This document shows positions 20,101 through 33,543 of a stretch of 64,000 nt of DNA, piece by piece. The translations under genes were made by a program, and so were the position numbers. How positions within the stretch are numbered: the stretch's first letter is position 1; each line of letters begins with the position of its first letter. The DNA comes from Nemertoderma westbladi (taxonomy: Eukaryota; Animalia; Xenacoelomorpha). The stretch lies in NCBI GenBank assembly GCA_032718475.1, contig JAUCBJ010008759.1, forward strand, positions 1 through 64,000. The letters are read 5' to 3'. The notes under the pieces are model-generated. The model searched no databases. It was given only the letters and a program-made list of their open reading frames with translations, and was not told the DNA's origin.

Positions 20101-22770
20101 CAAACCTTATACCTTGTGTTACACTCTCTTATTCTTGTAAAATTTAGTTTATTCGGTTTCTTGTTGAAACTTCGTTTTGATAAATCCTTTGTAAAACTGT
20201 AAATATACTGCAATTTCCTGACATGTTTTCTTTTGGTCCGACTTCGGGACAGCCGAACATCAGGGAGATGGCAGCCTAGATCGTTAGGCCGTAAGCAACG
20301 CAGGGAAGGGATGTCCACAACACGCTAGCGCCCACATTGGATTGACCGCGCACCCCCTTTGCCCCTTCGAAATACTCCACTTGCTATGCAGCGCCCGCTT
20401 TGTGAGAAGGTAAGACTTTGTTCGATGCCCTTGCCCGCCGTAAGACCTATAGATCAGGGTAAGCGTGACACCGCACTGGACGCCGCAAATTTAGGATCAA
20501 ATAATTATATCCAGACACCCCCCCCCCCCCTTCTTGTCAGTCCTACGAACCCCTGGGTTAACCTGTACTTCCTACAGGTGCGAACTATTGCCATTCGTCA
20601 GTACGCGAGTACACATTAGGCACGGACAGCATACGTTCCATAATTTAGTGATTCATAGCATTGACTGTTTGGTACCGGTTCGCTTTGTAGAACGTACATT
20701 AGTACCCCCCCCCCCCCCCCCCCGTCTGGAGTTAGCTATTTGATCAGGCAAGGAGTATTTCTGCTACCGGCACACTGCTTGGCCTAGGGAGGTTTATTAA
20801 TATCCTACCGCGCCTTGCCACGTACTGATAGGTATTGCTGCTAACTACCGCAGCAACAAAGTTCTAGAATTAAATTAGTATACCAGATCAGCTAACGTAC
20901 GGTAGCGATTAACCCCTATTCTTATCTTACAACCAGAATCTGGTATTAGTGCCGATCACGGGTGTAGTTACTAACACTGTGGTTGCCCATTGGGTTGTGG
21001 ATAGGAAGGAGAGAGCTTTGACGTCATTCGTGAGTATAAAGTTCTACAAACGCGACTAGTTTATTTTAGTAGCTAGCGCACGGTATCATTTTAGTCAGAA
21101 AATCACTAAAACCTAGTAAAAGGAATTACACGAAATTGTTTTATTTGTAACACACCCACACACACACGCCCTAAAACATATTGCCCTTAAAGTTCTACTA
21201 GCTATAGCGTACTATACATTACTTTAGGTGGAAATTATTTGTATTTGTAAAATTAGGATCTGATTTAGTTGCGGCAAAATAAGGAGTATTTCACTTTCGT
21301 TATTAAACTGTTGTTTGTCTGGACAACGGTATTGTTACATTTAGGCCTGACCTTTTAGACTGATTTCGTACAGGGGGATCAGTTATCGTTACATTTAGGT
21401 ACGACCCCTTTTGACTGATTTAGGACTGTCAGTGTTGTTACGCTAGGTCTGTTAACCCACTAGCTCGTATATAAACCATATAAATCACACCGCGGCAAGT
21501 TACTGTATTTAGGACTGTCAGTGATAGTTAGGATTCGCTGCGCGGGGATTGTTTTCCCGTGAGTTTGGTCTGTTACTGTAACTGTACATCTGCCTCACCG
21601 GTTAGAGGACAGGTATCCTTCTGTCTAGTACGTAGGCATTAGACCCGCTCACGTACATAGAATAGATACAAGGCTCTGTTCCTCGCCAGTAGTCGTTTGT
21701 GTACTATATCTGTTTGTTTAGATATCCTGGACTGGGATTTGTTGTCAGATACTGTACAAGCCCGTATACATTACTAGAGTCTCATAGTAAGATACATCGT
21801 TACTAGGATCTGGTAAGCGGTATACTACTGGACCCTTACAGTAGGAAGTATTTATATAAATTAGTATATAGTATTTCCGTCGTAGCGTATAATATAGATA
21901 AATATTTGTTAGCTATTGTAAGTAGGAGATATTTAAAACTTAAGGTTAGTAAATTTGGTAATTTAGAACGTCCCCTGCTTCAGTAGGCTTTTAGGGTAGC
22001 TAGTACTTTCGTATTTAATATTTGACTAGCTAACAGTTAGTTTGTAGCACTTTGTTTTACGCCGTGTGTGTGCGGTGTTACTTTTCGGTACTTGAAAAGG
22101 TACATAGGGTTTAAAGACCAATTTGTATCGGTACCTAGGAAGATTTTTTGTAAGCGTAGAAGTAAAACTCTCACCTTCGACCTTTTCAGGACTCAAGGAC
22201 TCATTTCTGGACCGCTTCGAGGATTAGACCGCTTTTCGCAAAGTTTGGGAGACAATAAATTCGTCCGCGCCGCCGAAAAACGGAAAGACCCACGTCCGGT
22301 TTGTATTTGGGAATTTGTACGACTGGAAGATCAAAGGAACGTAAGTTTTACGACTCGCGTCGTTCAAACTTAAGAAAGCACAGTAGTACTCAAAATTTGT
22401 GGGTTTCACTGTCTATTAGTAGTGTTGTTGGTACATATTTTCCCTTTAGACGTTGCTGTTTGGCCTATTGTTTACTTGTTGATCTATATTTTGTTAACGT
22501 ATACCGTTATCTCACTTATTCGTACAAATTTAGCCGGTAGGCTAGATTACTACTTATTTTATTATATACTTTGTTAGTTTATTCGTACCGGTTAGGGTAT
22601 ATATATGATATATATATATATCAAGGTAAGTTTGACATTTGTACATTTCGACATTTTGACATTTCGACATTCTGACTTGTTGATTTATTTGTACCGGTTA
22701 GGTAAGTTTGACACTTCAACATTCAGACACTTGACATTTTATTACCCGTACTTGACGTATATAATAAGAC

Positions 22771-25700
22771 ATGAGTGACACACCCCATTCGACGAGATAC
22801 CCACCTACCGACTATGACTCGTGCGACCCGGACAGATCGACAGTAGACGAACCGAGAAGGAGAACCCGAGATTCCACCGATGTCACACCGCTTGCGTCGC
22901 CGGTACCCCGAACGGAAATACCGGAAACCGCAACGCGTGGCGACGGCAGAATTGAAGATTTCCTTACCGTCCCGCAGACTAGATCGCGGGAACCGGACAT
23001 GGTAAGTTCGACTGGAAGCCAGGAGAACGTTATTAGAAGTATAGGAGGACACATGGCCCAGATTACTCGGAACCTCGGAGAAGGTTTTCGTGTTTTACGC
23101 GAGTTAACCGCCCCGATGTCGAGATACGAGTTCTACACCTTACAGGTAAGGATAGAAAGTAGGGTACATGCCTCCGTAGATAAACTTAAAGGTTTGCACG
23201 AACTTGCAGAGTTGCGTGGCGACAACTTTACTCAGGTAAAGATAGTAGATAAATTGGTAAGTGCGAGAGAAAGCCTTATCCAGTTTAAGTCGGTGATAAG
23301 ATTGGCTCAACAGGAGCAGTTCGACCAACTGCTAGGTGAGTCAGTTTCGGACGCGTTGTTACAACCCGAAGAGGAAGAAGAACTCTACTGCCTGGACGGA
23401 AGGTTGGAAACGCTGACCAATTTTCTTCGTAGATGCGGCGTACCGATCGACGAACCGGAAGTCGAACCGCGAGGGACGACGGAAGTTCTCACTACGGAAG
23501 GCTCGCGAGCCTACCAACATCCACCACTGGATAGATCGTTCGTTAGCGTACGGAGCGACGTTGGCAACGTTGGCGACGTTAGTAGAACAGCGTCTGGAAT
23601 TACTCGACAACAACAGGAGGTTGCACGCCGACAACAAGTCGCCGAGGAAGAAGCGCGACACCAGATGGCACAGATCGCCATCGAAGGAGAGAAACAACGT
23701 AGAGAAGACGAGGCAAGAATTGCACAACTCAAGGCGCAAGCTGAATTCGAAGCATCAGAAATGCGCAGACTGGAGGAGGACTTAGCGCGAGAAGCGGCCG
23801 CGGCGGCAGCAGCTGACGAGTTAGCACGGAAGAAAGCAGCATCCGACGCTCGTGCCAAGTTGGAGGCGCGGCAAATAAACGCTCGATTAGCTATACAGGA
23901 AGCGGAATTAGCGGCACAACAACAGGACGCAGATCGACGCGAAAGGGAGATGCAACTACAGTTCGAATTGAATCGTAGATCGCGCGAGACAGCGAACGCG
24001 CAAGCGGGCCTCGAACTCGACGCGAGAGATAGATCTATGAGATCGCGGACTGGACACGACTTGTCTGCCCTGGATCGTATGGAAGCTCGATATCGCGGAA
24101 TACAGAAGCGGATCGAGGAAGGAAGCGTGGGAGCGATAGATCGAGGAGAGGAGTTCGTCGAGGATTACTGTAAACGTTTTCCCCAAGTTATTCCTATGCT
24201 CAAACCCACGACTCCGATAAAACCGGTCTTCGTTACGAAACCTAAGGAAATAACGCCTGTGCGTTCGACGCAAGGCAACAGGTTTGTTGTGACGGAAATA
24301 CCGCAACCTAGGGCGACTTCATCGCCAATTTTAGCAGGTAACATAACTAGTCCACCTACAGTAAGTCGTAGTCTACTTGTAGGAAGAGAGGAACCTGCGT
24401 TTATGACCATTAAACAGGTGAGTAAACCATTACAAGTTAAACCTGTGACGTGCTGTGCAAATCCAGTTATTTACAGACCGACTACGAAACCCGACTATTT
24501 CACTCGACCGTTGACACAATGTTCGACGCAACCTACGACTTCGTGGAAGGCTTGCGAGCCTACCGAACTACGAAGGAGGATGGATGTGGGTAGTACTCAC
24601 GGGATCGGACAACGTATAGCGAGACCTACGACTTCGTGGAAGGCTTGCGAGCCTACCGAACAACGGAGAGCCGTAGATTCCGGACCACAACGGACGAGAC
24701 CCAGGATAATACGCCGGACGCGAACCCGCCAGCCACCTTATCCGGACGACAGCGATTCATCTAGCGACTCGGAGTCGACGGAACGGGAAGTATTCCGTAC
24801 TGGAGCGGCGGAAGATTGCAAACGGGAGGAACGATCGACGAACCCCTATATCGACAATCCTCCACGAGAAACACCCCAACAGAAACCCACGTTGAAACCA
24901 GCGGAAACGATCAGCGCTAAACAGTTCACCGAGATGACGGACAGAATAGCTCAACTCGAAGAACGACTCGAAGCGCAACCGTCGGATCGATCACGAACCA
25001 GCGTGGAGTTGGAACAACCTAGACAACATCGACCACCGAGGAGAGAACAGGAGACTAGACGGACTCCGACACATCGAGAAGAAGATCCCGTTAATAATTC
25101 CTACCGACGAACAACGCGCGGAAGGGAGCGACTGGACGACGCCACCGAACAGGGACGCGGACAGTTGGATTTAGTTAGCGAGATTGCGAAATTCGCGGCT
25201 AGACACGGATTACTGGCACAGCAACCGCCGAAGTTCTCTGGCAACGCGAAACACTGGCGCACACTGGTAGACTACGTAGAGTCCCAGATCGCTAAGTGTG
25301 CTTTCACCTCGACGGAGAAGTTTAATTACTTGCTCCAAGTTCTGTCTGGTGAGCCGAAACGATTAGCGGAAACCTTTATAGGTGTTCCCGATGCCTTTGA
25401 GTTGGCGTACGACCGTTTGTATTCGATTTACGGCGGTAACGTCGCCATGGCTAAATCCATTATAGAATACCTCTGCAGAGGAGGCAACATTTCGAGACCG
25501 ATCGACCTTTTACGACTCGCGGACGAAATAAAGAACGCTATAGGGACTTTACGGTCCATTGGACAACTCGAGTACGCTAACGCACCGACGGTTCTCATTC
25601 GAATAATCGGTCGACTTCATCATCGACTACGACGAGAATGGCGACGCATCGAGTACCAGCGCGAAGAGGCCGGAGGGTTATTAAAACTCACCGATGTCTA

Positions 25701-26154
25701 TCAACTTATTTCATGGGAGGCCGTGATAGAGACTCGATCGAACTATACCGATCACCATATCGCGGCGGAAGGGATAACTGTTTCTGCGCCGAATCGGACT
25801 AAACCTTTTCCGACGAACGCGAAGGCCGTTACTTACGCCACCCCTACTGAGACTTCTAAAGTTCTGACGCCTATCGGCACCACGCAGCCACGACAACAGT
25901 TGCCGGCGGACTTTGTGGGATGCTCATACTGCGAGCGGAACGGCAGAAATCATAGCGGACATAAACTACGTGCATGTCGCGCTTTTAAAGAGTTAGGGAT
26001 CGAGGAAAGGAGACTCCAAATCCGATCTCTAGATTCCTGTTGGAGATGTATGAAGCCAGGACACGTCCGGAAGGATTGCCCGAGCGATGATACATGTTCT
26101 CTGTGTGGACGTAACCATGACGCGTTGCTTCACACAACCAGTCATACTCCGTAA
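22771..26154 (+). CDS. BEL/Pao Gag of element #2, truncated by the satellite array
   Basis: Paralogous to the gag of element #1: KFAARHGL..QQPPKFSGNAKHWRTL, EKFNYLLQVL, LPADFVGCSYC, CWRCMKPGHVRKDC, CSLCGRNHDALLH. The stop codon is supplied by the first satellite unit. Confidence 0.92.
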   Translation: MSDTPHSTRYPPTDYDSCDPDRSTVDEPRRRTRDSTDVTPLASPVPRTEIPETATRGDGRIEDFLTVPQTRSREPDMVSSTGSQENVIRSIGGHMAQITRNLGEGFRVLRELTAPMSRYEFYTLQVRIESRVHASVDKLKGLHELAELRGDNFTQVKIVDKLVSARESLIQFKSVIRLAQQEQFDQLLGESVSDALLQPEEEEELYCLDGRLETLTNFLRRCGVPIDEPEVEPRGTTEVLTTEGSRAYQHPPLDRSFVSVRSDVGNVGDVSRTASGITRQQQEVARRQQVAEEEARHQMAQIAIEGEKQRREDEARIAQLKAQAEFEASEMRRLEEDLAREAAAAAAADELARKKAASDARAKLEARQINARLAIQEAELAAQQQDADRREREMQLQFELNRRSRETANAQAGLELDARDRSMRSRTGHDLSALDRMEARYRGIQKRIEEGSVGAIDRGEEFVEDYCKRFPQVIPMLKPTTPIKPVFVTKPKEITPVRSTQGNRFVVTEIPQPRATSSPILAGNITSPPTVSRSLLVGREEPAFMTIKQVSKPLQVKPVTCCANPVIYRPTTKPDYFTRPLTQCSTQPTTSWKACEPTELRRRMDVGSTHGIGQRIARPTTSWKACEPTEQRRAVDSGPQRTRPRIIRRTRTRQPPYPDDSDSSSDSESTEREVFRTGAAEDCKREERSTNPYIDNPPRETPQQKPTLKPAETISAKQFTEMTDRIAQLEERLEAQPSDRSRTSVELEQPRQHRPPRREQETRRTPTHREEDPVNNSYRRTTRGRERLDDATEQGRGQLDLVSEIAKFAARHGLLAQQPPKFSGNAKHWRTLVDYVESQIAKCAFTSTEKFNYLLQVLSGEPKRLAETFIGVPDAFELAYDRLYSIYGGNVAMAKSIIEYLCRGGNISRPIDLLRLADEIKNAIGTLRSIGQLEYANAPTVLIRIIGRLHHRLRREWRRIEYQREEAGGLLKLTDVYQLISWEAVIETRSNYTDHHIAAEGITVSAPNRTKPFPTNAKAVTYATPTETSKVLTPIGTTQPRQQLPADFVGCSYCERNGRNHSGHKLRACRAFKELGIEERRLQIRSLDSCWRCMKPGHVRKDCPSDDTCSLCGRNHDALLHTTSHTP

Positions 26155-29100
26155 AACAAAAATACGTGTTACAGAGAGTCAGGAAGCTGGAACTAAAACA
26201 AAAATACGTGTTACAGAGAGTCAGGAAGCTGGAACTAAAACAAAAATACGTGTTACAGAGAGTCAGGAAGCGGGAACTAAAACAAAAATACGTGTTACAG
26301 AGAGTCAGGAAACTGGAACTAAAACAAAAATCGTACAGAGAGTCAGGAAGCGGGAACTAAAACAAAAATACGTGTTAAAGAGAGTCAGGAAGCTGGAACT
26401 AAAACAAAAATACGTGTTACAGTGAGTCAGGAAGCTGGAACTAAAACAAAAATCGTACAGAGAGTCAGGAAGCGGGAACTAAAACAAAAATACGTGTTAC
26501 AGAGAGTCAGGAAGCTGGAACTAAAACAAAAATACGTGTTACAGAGAGTCAGGAAGCTGGAACTAAAACAAAAATACGTGTTACAGAGAGTCAGGAAGCT
26601 GGAAAAAAACAAAAATACGTGTTACAGAGAGTCAGGAAGCTGGAACTAAAACAAAAATCGTACAGAGAATGAGAAGGAAGCTGGAACTAAAACAAAAATA
26701 CGTGTTACAGAGAGTCAGGAAGCTGGAACTAAAACAAAAATCGTACAGAGAGTCAGGAAGCTGGAACTAAAACAAAAATACGTGTTACAGAGAGTCAGGA
26801 AGCTGGAACTAAAACAAAAATCGTACAGAGAATGAGAAGGAAGCTGGAACTAAAACAAAAATACGTGTTACAGAGAGTCAGGAAGCTGGAACTAAAACAA
26901 AAATACGTGTTACAGAGAGTCAGGAAGCTGGAACTAAAACAAAAATCGTACAGAGAATGAGAAGGAAGCTGGAACTAAAACAAAAATACGTGTTACAGAG
27001 AGTCAGGAAGCGGGAACTAAAACAAAAATACGTGTTACAGAGAGTCAGGAAGCTGGAACTAAAACAAAAATACGTGTTACAGAGAGTCAGGAAGCTGGAA
27101 CTAAAACAAAAATCGTACAGAGAATGAGAAGGAAGCTGGAACTAAAACAAAAATACGTGTTACAGAGAGTCAGGAAGCTGGAACTAAAACAAAAATACGT
27201 GTTACAGAGAGTCAGGAAGCTGGAACTAAAACAAAAATACGTGTTACAGAGAGTCAGGAAGCTGGAAAAAAACAAAAATCGTACAGAGAGTGAGGAAGCT
27301 GGAACTAAAACAAAAATCGTACAGAGAGTCAGGAAGCTGGAACTAAAACAAAAATACGTGTTACAGAGAGTCAGGAAGCTGGAACTAAAACAAAAATACG
27401 TGTTACAGAGAGTCAGGAAGCTGGAACTAAAACAAAAATACGTGTTACAGAGAGTCAGGAAGCTGGAACTAAAACAAAAATACGTGTTATAGAGAGTCAG
27501 GAAGCGGGAACTAAAACAAAAATCGTACAGAGAGTGAGAAGGAAGCTGGAACTAAAACAAAAATACGTGTTACAGAGAGTCAGGAAGCTGGAACTAAAAC
27601 AAAAATACGTGTTACAGAGAGTCAGGAAGCTGGAACTAAAACAAAAATACGTGTTACAGAGAGTCAGGAAGCTGGAACTAAAACAAAAATACGTGTTACA
27701 GAGAGTCAGGAAGCTGGAACTAAAACAAAAATACGTGTTACAGAGAGTCAGGAAGCTGGAACTAAAACAAAAATACGTGTTACAGAGAGTCAGGAAGCTG
27801 GAACTAAAACAAAAATACGTGTTACAGAGAGTCAGGAAGCTGGAACTAAAACAAAAATACGTGTTACAGAGAGTCAGGAAGCTGGAACTAAAACAAAAAT
27901 ACGTGTTACAGAGAGTCAGGAAGCTGGAAAAAAACAAAAATACGTGTTACAGAGAGTCAGGAAGCTGGAACTAAAACAAAAATCGTACAGAGAATGAGGA
28001 TGCTGGAACTAAAACAAAAATACGTGTTACAGAGAGTCAGGAAGCTGGAACTAAAACAAAAATACGTGTTACAGAGAGTCAGGAAGCTGGAACTAAAACA
28101 AAAATCGTACAGAGAATGAGGATGCTGGAACTAAAACAAAAATACGTGTTACAGAGAGTCAGGAAGCTGGAACTAAAACAAAAATACGTGTTACAGAGAG
28201 TCAGGAAGCTGGAACCAAAACAAAAATCGTACAGAGAGTCAGGAAGCTGGAGCTAAAACAAAAATACGTGTTACAGAGAGTCAGGAAGCTGGAACTAAAA
28301 CAAAAATCGTACAGAGAATGAGGATGCTGGAACTAAAACAAAAATACGTGTTACAGAGAGTCAGGAAGCTGGAACTAAAACAAAAATACGTGTTACAGAG
28401 AGTCAGGAAGCTGGAACCAAAACAAAAATCGTACAGAGAGTCAGGAAGCTGGAGCTAAAACAAAAATACGTGTTACAGAGAGTCAGGAAGCTGGAACTAA
28501 AACAAAAATCGTACAGAGAATGAGGATGCTGGAACTAAAACAAAAATACGTGTTACAGAGAGTCAGGAAGCTGGAACTAAAACAAAAATACGTGTTACAG
28601 AGAGTCAGGAAGCTGGAACTAAAACAAAAATACGTGTTACAGAGAGTCAGGAAGCTGGAACTAAAACAAAAATACGTGTTACAGAGAGTCAGGAAGCTGG
28701 AACCAAAACAAAAATCGTACAGAGAGTCAGGAAGCTGGAGCTAAAACAAAAATACGTGTTACAGAGAGTCAGGAAGCTGGAACTAAAACAAAAATCGTAC
28801 AGAGAATGAGGATGCTGGAACTAAAACAAAAATACGTGTTACAGAGAGTCAGGAAGCTGGAACTAAAACAAAAATACGTGTTACAGAGAGTCAGGAAGCT
28901 GGAACTAAAACAAAAATACGTGTTACAGAGAGTCAGGAAGCTGGAACTAAAACAAAAATACGTGTTACAGAGAGTCAGGAAGCTGGAACCAAAACAAAAA
29001 TACGTGTTACAGAGAGTCAGGAAGCTGGAACTAAAACAAAAATCGTACAGAGAATGAGGATGCTGGAACTAAAACAAAAATACGTGTTACAGAGAGTCAG

Positions 29101-32100
29101 GAAGCTGGAACTAAAACAAAAATACGTGTTACAGAGAGTCAGGAAGCTGGAACTAAAACAAAAATACGTGTTACAGAGAGTCAGGAAGCTGGAACTAAAA
29201 CAAAAATACGTGTTACAGAGAGTCAGGAAGCTGGAACTAAAACAAAAATACGTGTTACAGAGAGTCAGGAAGCTGGAACTAAAACAAAAATACGTGTTAC
29301 AGAGAGTCAGGAAGCTGGAACTAAAACAAAAATACGTGTTACAGAGAGTCAGGAAGCTGGAACTAAAACAAAAATACGTGTTACAGAGAGTCAGGAAGCT
29401 GGAACTAAAACAAAAATCGTACAGAGAATGAGGATGCTGGAACTAAAACAAAAATACGTGTTACAGAGAGTCAGGAAGCTGGAACTAAAACAAAAATACG
29501 TGTTACAGAGAGTCAGGAAGCGGGAACTAAAACAAAAATACGTGTTACAGAGAGTCAGGAAGCTGGAACTAAAACAAAAATACGTGTTACAGAGAGTCAG
29601 GAAGCTGGAACTAAAACAAAAATACGTGTTACAGAGAGTCAGGAAGCGGGAACTAAAACAAAAATACGTGTTACAGAGAGTCAGGAAGCTGGAACTAAAA
29701 CAAAAATACGTGTTACAGAGAGTCAGGAAACTGGAACCAAAACAAAAATACGTGTTACAGAGAGTCAGGAAGCTGGAACTAAAACAAAAATCGTACAGAG
29801 AATGAGGATGCTGGAACTAAAACAAAAATACGTGTTACAGAGAGTCAGGAAGCTGGAACTAAAACAAAAATACGTGTTACAGAGAGTCAGGAAGCTGGAA
29901 CTAAAACAAAAATACGTGTTACAGAGAGTCAGGAAGCTGGAACTAAAACAAAAATACGTGTTACAGAGAGTCAGGAAGCTGGAACTAAAACAAAAATACG
30001 TGTTACAGAGAGTCAGGAAGCTGGAACTAAAACAAAAATACGTGTTACAGAGAGTCAGGAAGCTGGAACTAAAACAAAAATACGTGTTACAGAGAGTCAG
30101 GAAGCTGGAACTAAAACAAAAATACGTGTTACAGAGAGTCAGGAAGCGGGAACTAAAACAAAAATACGTGTTACAGAGAGTCAGGAAGCTGGAACTAAAA
30201 CAAAAATACGTGTTACAGAGAGTCAGGAAACTGGAACCAAAACAAAAATACGTGTTACAGAGAGTCAGGAAGCTGGAACTAAAACAAAAATCGTACAGAG
30301 AATGAGGATGCTGGAACTAAAACAAAAATACGTGTTACAGAGAGTCAGGAAGCTGGAACTAAAACAAAAATACGTGTTACAGAGAGTCAGGAAGCGGGAA
30401 CTAAAACAAAAATACGTGTTACAGAGAGTCAGGAAGCTGGAACTAAAACAAAAATACGTGTTACAGAGAGTCAGGAAGCTGGAACTAAAACAAAAATACG
30501 TGTTACAGAGAGTCAGGAAGCTGGAACTAAAACAAAAATACGTGTTACAGAGAGTCAGGAAGCTGGAACTAAAACAAAAATACGTGTTACAGAGAGTCAG
30601 GAAGCTGGAACTAAAACAAAAATACGTGTTACAGAGAGTCAGGAAGCTGGAACTAAAACAAAAATACGTGTTACAGAGAGTCAGGAAGCTGGAACTAAAA
30701 CAAAAATACGTGTTACAGAGAGTCAGGAAGCGGGAACTAAAACAAAAATACGTGTTACAGAGAGTCAGGAAGCTGGAACTAAAACAAAAATCGTACAGAG
30801 AATGAGGATGCTGGAACTAAAACAAAAATACGTGTTACAGAGAGTCAGGAAGCTGGAACTAAAACAAAAATACGTGTTACAGAGAGTCAGGAAGCGGGAA
30901 CTAAAACAAAAATACGTGTTACAGAGAGTCAGGAAGCTGGAACTAAAACAAAAATACGTGTTACAGAGAGTCAGGAAGCTGGAACTAAAACAAAAATACG
31001 TGTTACAGAGAGTCAGGAAGCTGGAACTAAAACAAAAATACGTGTTACAGAGAGTCAGGAAGCTGGAACTAAAACAAAAATACGTGTTACAGAGAGTCAG
31101 GAAGCTGGAACTAAAACAAAAATCGTACAGAGAATGAGGATGCTGGAACTAAAACAAAAATACGTGTTACAGAGAGTCAGGAAGCTGGAACTAAAACAAA
31201 AATACGTGTTACAGAGAGTCAGGAAGCTGGAACTAAAACAAAAATACGTGTTACAGAGAGTCAGGAAGCTGGAACTAAAACAAAAATACGTGTTACAGAG
31301 AGTCAGGAAGCTGGAACTAAAACAAAAATACGTGTTACAGAGAGTCAGGAAGCTGGAACTAAAACAAAAATACGTGTTACAGAGAGTCAGGAAGCTGGAA
31401 CTAAAACAAAAATCGTACAGAGAATGAGGATGCTGGAACTAAAACAAAAATACGTGTTACAGAGAGTCAGGAAGCTGGAACTAAAACAAAAATACGTGTT
31501 ACAGAGAGTCAGGAAGCTGGAACTAAAACAAAAATCGTACAGAGAATGAGGATGCTGGAACTAAAACAAAAATACGTGTTACAGAGAGTCAGGAAGCTGG
31601 AACTAAAACAAAAATACGTGTTACAGAGAGTCAGGAAGCGGGAACTAAAACAAAAATCGTACAGAGAATGAGGATGCTGGAACTAAAACAAAAATACGTG
31701 TTACAGAGAGTCAGGAAGCTGGAACTAAAACAAAAATACGTGTTACAGAGAGTCAGGAAGCGGGAACTAAAACAAAAATCGTACAGAGAATGAGGATGCT
31801 GGAACTAAAACAAAAATACGTGTTACAGAGAGTCAGGAAGCTGGAACTAAAACAAAAATACGTGTTACAGAGAGTCAGGAAGCTGGAACTAAAACAAAAA
31901 TCGTACAGAGAATGAGGATGCTGGAACTAAAACAAAAATACGTGTTACAGAGAGTCAGGAAGCTGGAACTAAAACAAAAATACGTGTTACAGAGAGTCAG
32001 GAAGCTGGAACTAAAACAAAAATACGTGTTACAGAGAGTCACGAAGCTGGAACTAAAACAAAAATACGTGTTACAGTGAGTCAGGAAGCTGGAACTAAAA

Positions 32101-33543
32101 CAAAAATCGTACAGAGAGTCAGGAAGCTGGAACTAAAACAAAAATACGTGTTACAGAGAGTCAGGAAGCTGGAACTAAAACAAAAATACGTGTTACAGTG
32201 AGTCAGGAAGCTGGAACTAAAACAAAAATCGTACAGAGAGTCAGGAAGCTGGAACTAAAACAAAAATACGTGTTACAGAGAGTCAGGAAGCTGGAACTAA
32301 AACAAAAATACGTGTTACAGTGAGTCAGGAAGCTGGAACTAAAACAAAAATCGTACAGAGAGTCAGGAAGCTGGAACTAAAACAAAAATACGTGTTACAG
32401 AGAGTCAGGAAGCTGGAACTAAAACAAAAATACGTGTTACAGAGAGTCAGGAAGCTGGAACTAAAACAAAAATACGTGTTACAGAGAGTCAGGAAGCTGG
32501 AACTAAAACAAAAATCGTACAGAGAGTCAGGAAGCTGGAACTAAAACAAAAATACGTGTTACAGAGAGTCAGGAAGCTGGAACTAAAACAAAAATCGTAC
32601 AGAGAATGAGGATGCTGGAACTAAAACAAAAATACGTGTTACAGAGAGTCAGGAAGCTGAAACTAAAACAAAAATACGTGTTACAGAGAGTCAGGAAGCT
32701 GGAACTAAAACAAAAATACGTGTTACAGAGAGTCACGAAGCTGGAACTAAAACAAAAATACGTGTTACAGTGAGTCAGGAAGCTGGAACTAAAACAAAAA
32801 TCGTACAGAGAGTCAGGAAGCTGGAACTAAAACAAAAATACGTGTTACAGAGAGTCAGGAAGCTGGAACTAAAACAAAAATACGTGTTACAGTGAGTCAG
32901 GAAGCTGGAACTAAAACAAAAATCGTACAGAGAGTCAGGAAGCTGGAACTAAAACAAAAATACGTGTTACAGAGAGTCAGGAAGCTGGAACTAAAACAAA
33001 AATACGTGTTACAGTGAGTCAGGAAGCTGGAACTAAAACAAAAATCGTACAGAGAGTCAGGAAGCTGGAACTAAAACAAAAATACGTGTTACAGAGAGTC
33101 AGGAAGCTGGAACTAAAACAAAAATACGTGTTACAGAGAGTCAGGAAGCTGGAACTAAAACAAAAATCGTACAGAGAGTCAGGAAGCTGGAACTAAAACA
33201 AAAATACGTGTTACAGAGAGTCAGGAAGCTGGAACTAAAACAAAAATCGTACAGAGAGTCAGGAATCTGGAACTAAAACAAAAATACGTGTTACAGAGAG
33301 TCAGGAAGCTGGAACCAAAACAAAAATACGTGTTACAGAGAGTCAGGAAGCTGGAACCAAAACAAAAATACGTGTTACAGAGAGTCAGGAAGCGGGAACC
33401 AAAACAAAAATACGTGTTACAGAGAGTCAAGAAGCGGGAACCAAAGCAAAAATACGTGTTACAGAGAGTCATGAAGCGGGAACTAAAACAAAAATACGTG
33501 TTACAGAGAGTCAGGAAGCGGGAACTAAAACAAAAATACGTGT
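26152..33543 (+). repeat. 42-bp satellite array (~7.4 kb, roughly 175-180 units)
   Basis: Unit aaaacaaaaatacgtgttacagagagtcaggaagctggaact, with recurring 38-bp variants (tcgtacagag..., gaatgaggatgctgg). No spacers. Confidence 0.98.

Noticed and set aside
20225-20260. PBS/LTR end of BEL #2 (TGGTCCGACTTCG...GAACA)
   Set aside because: Only loose similarity to a tRNA-Tyr-type PBS, and there is no second LTR to confirm the boundary.
26152-33543. CRISPR-like array or repeat-protein genes (ELKQKYVLQRVRKL ORFs)
   Set aside because: Units are contiguous with no unique spacers and no cas genes. The ORFs are by-products of a 42-bp unit and are broken by 38-bp variants.
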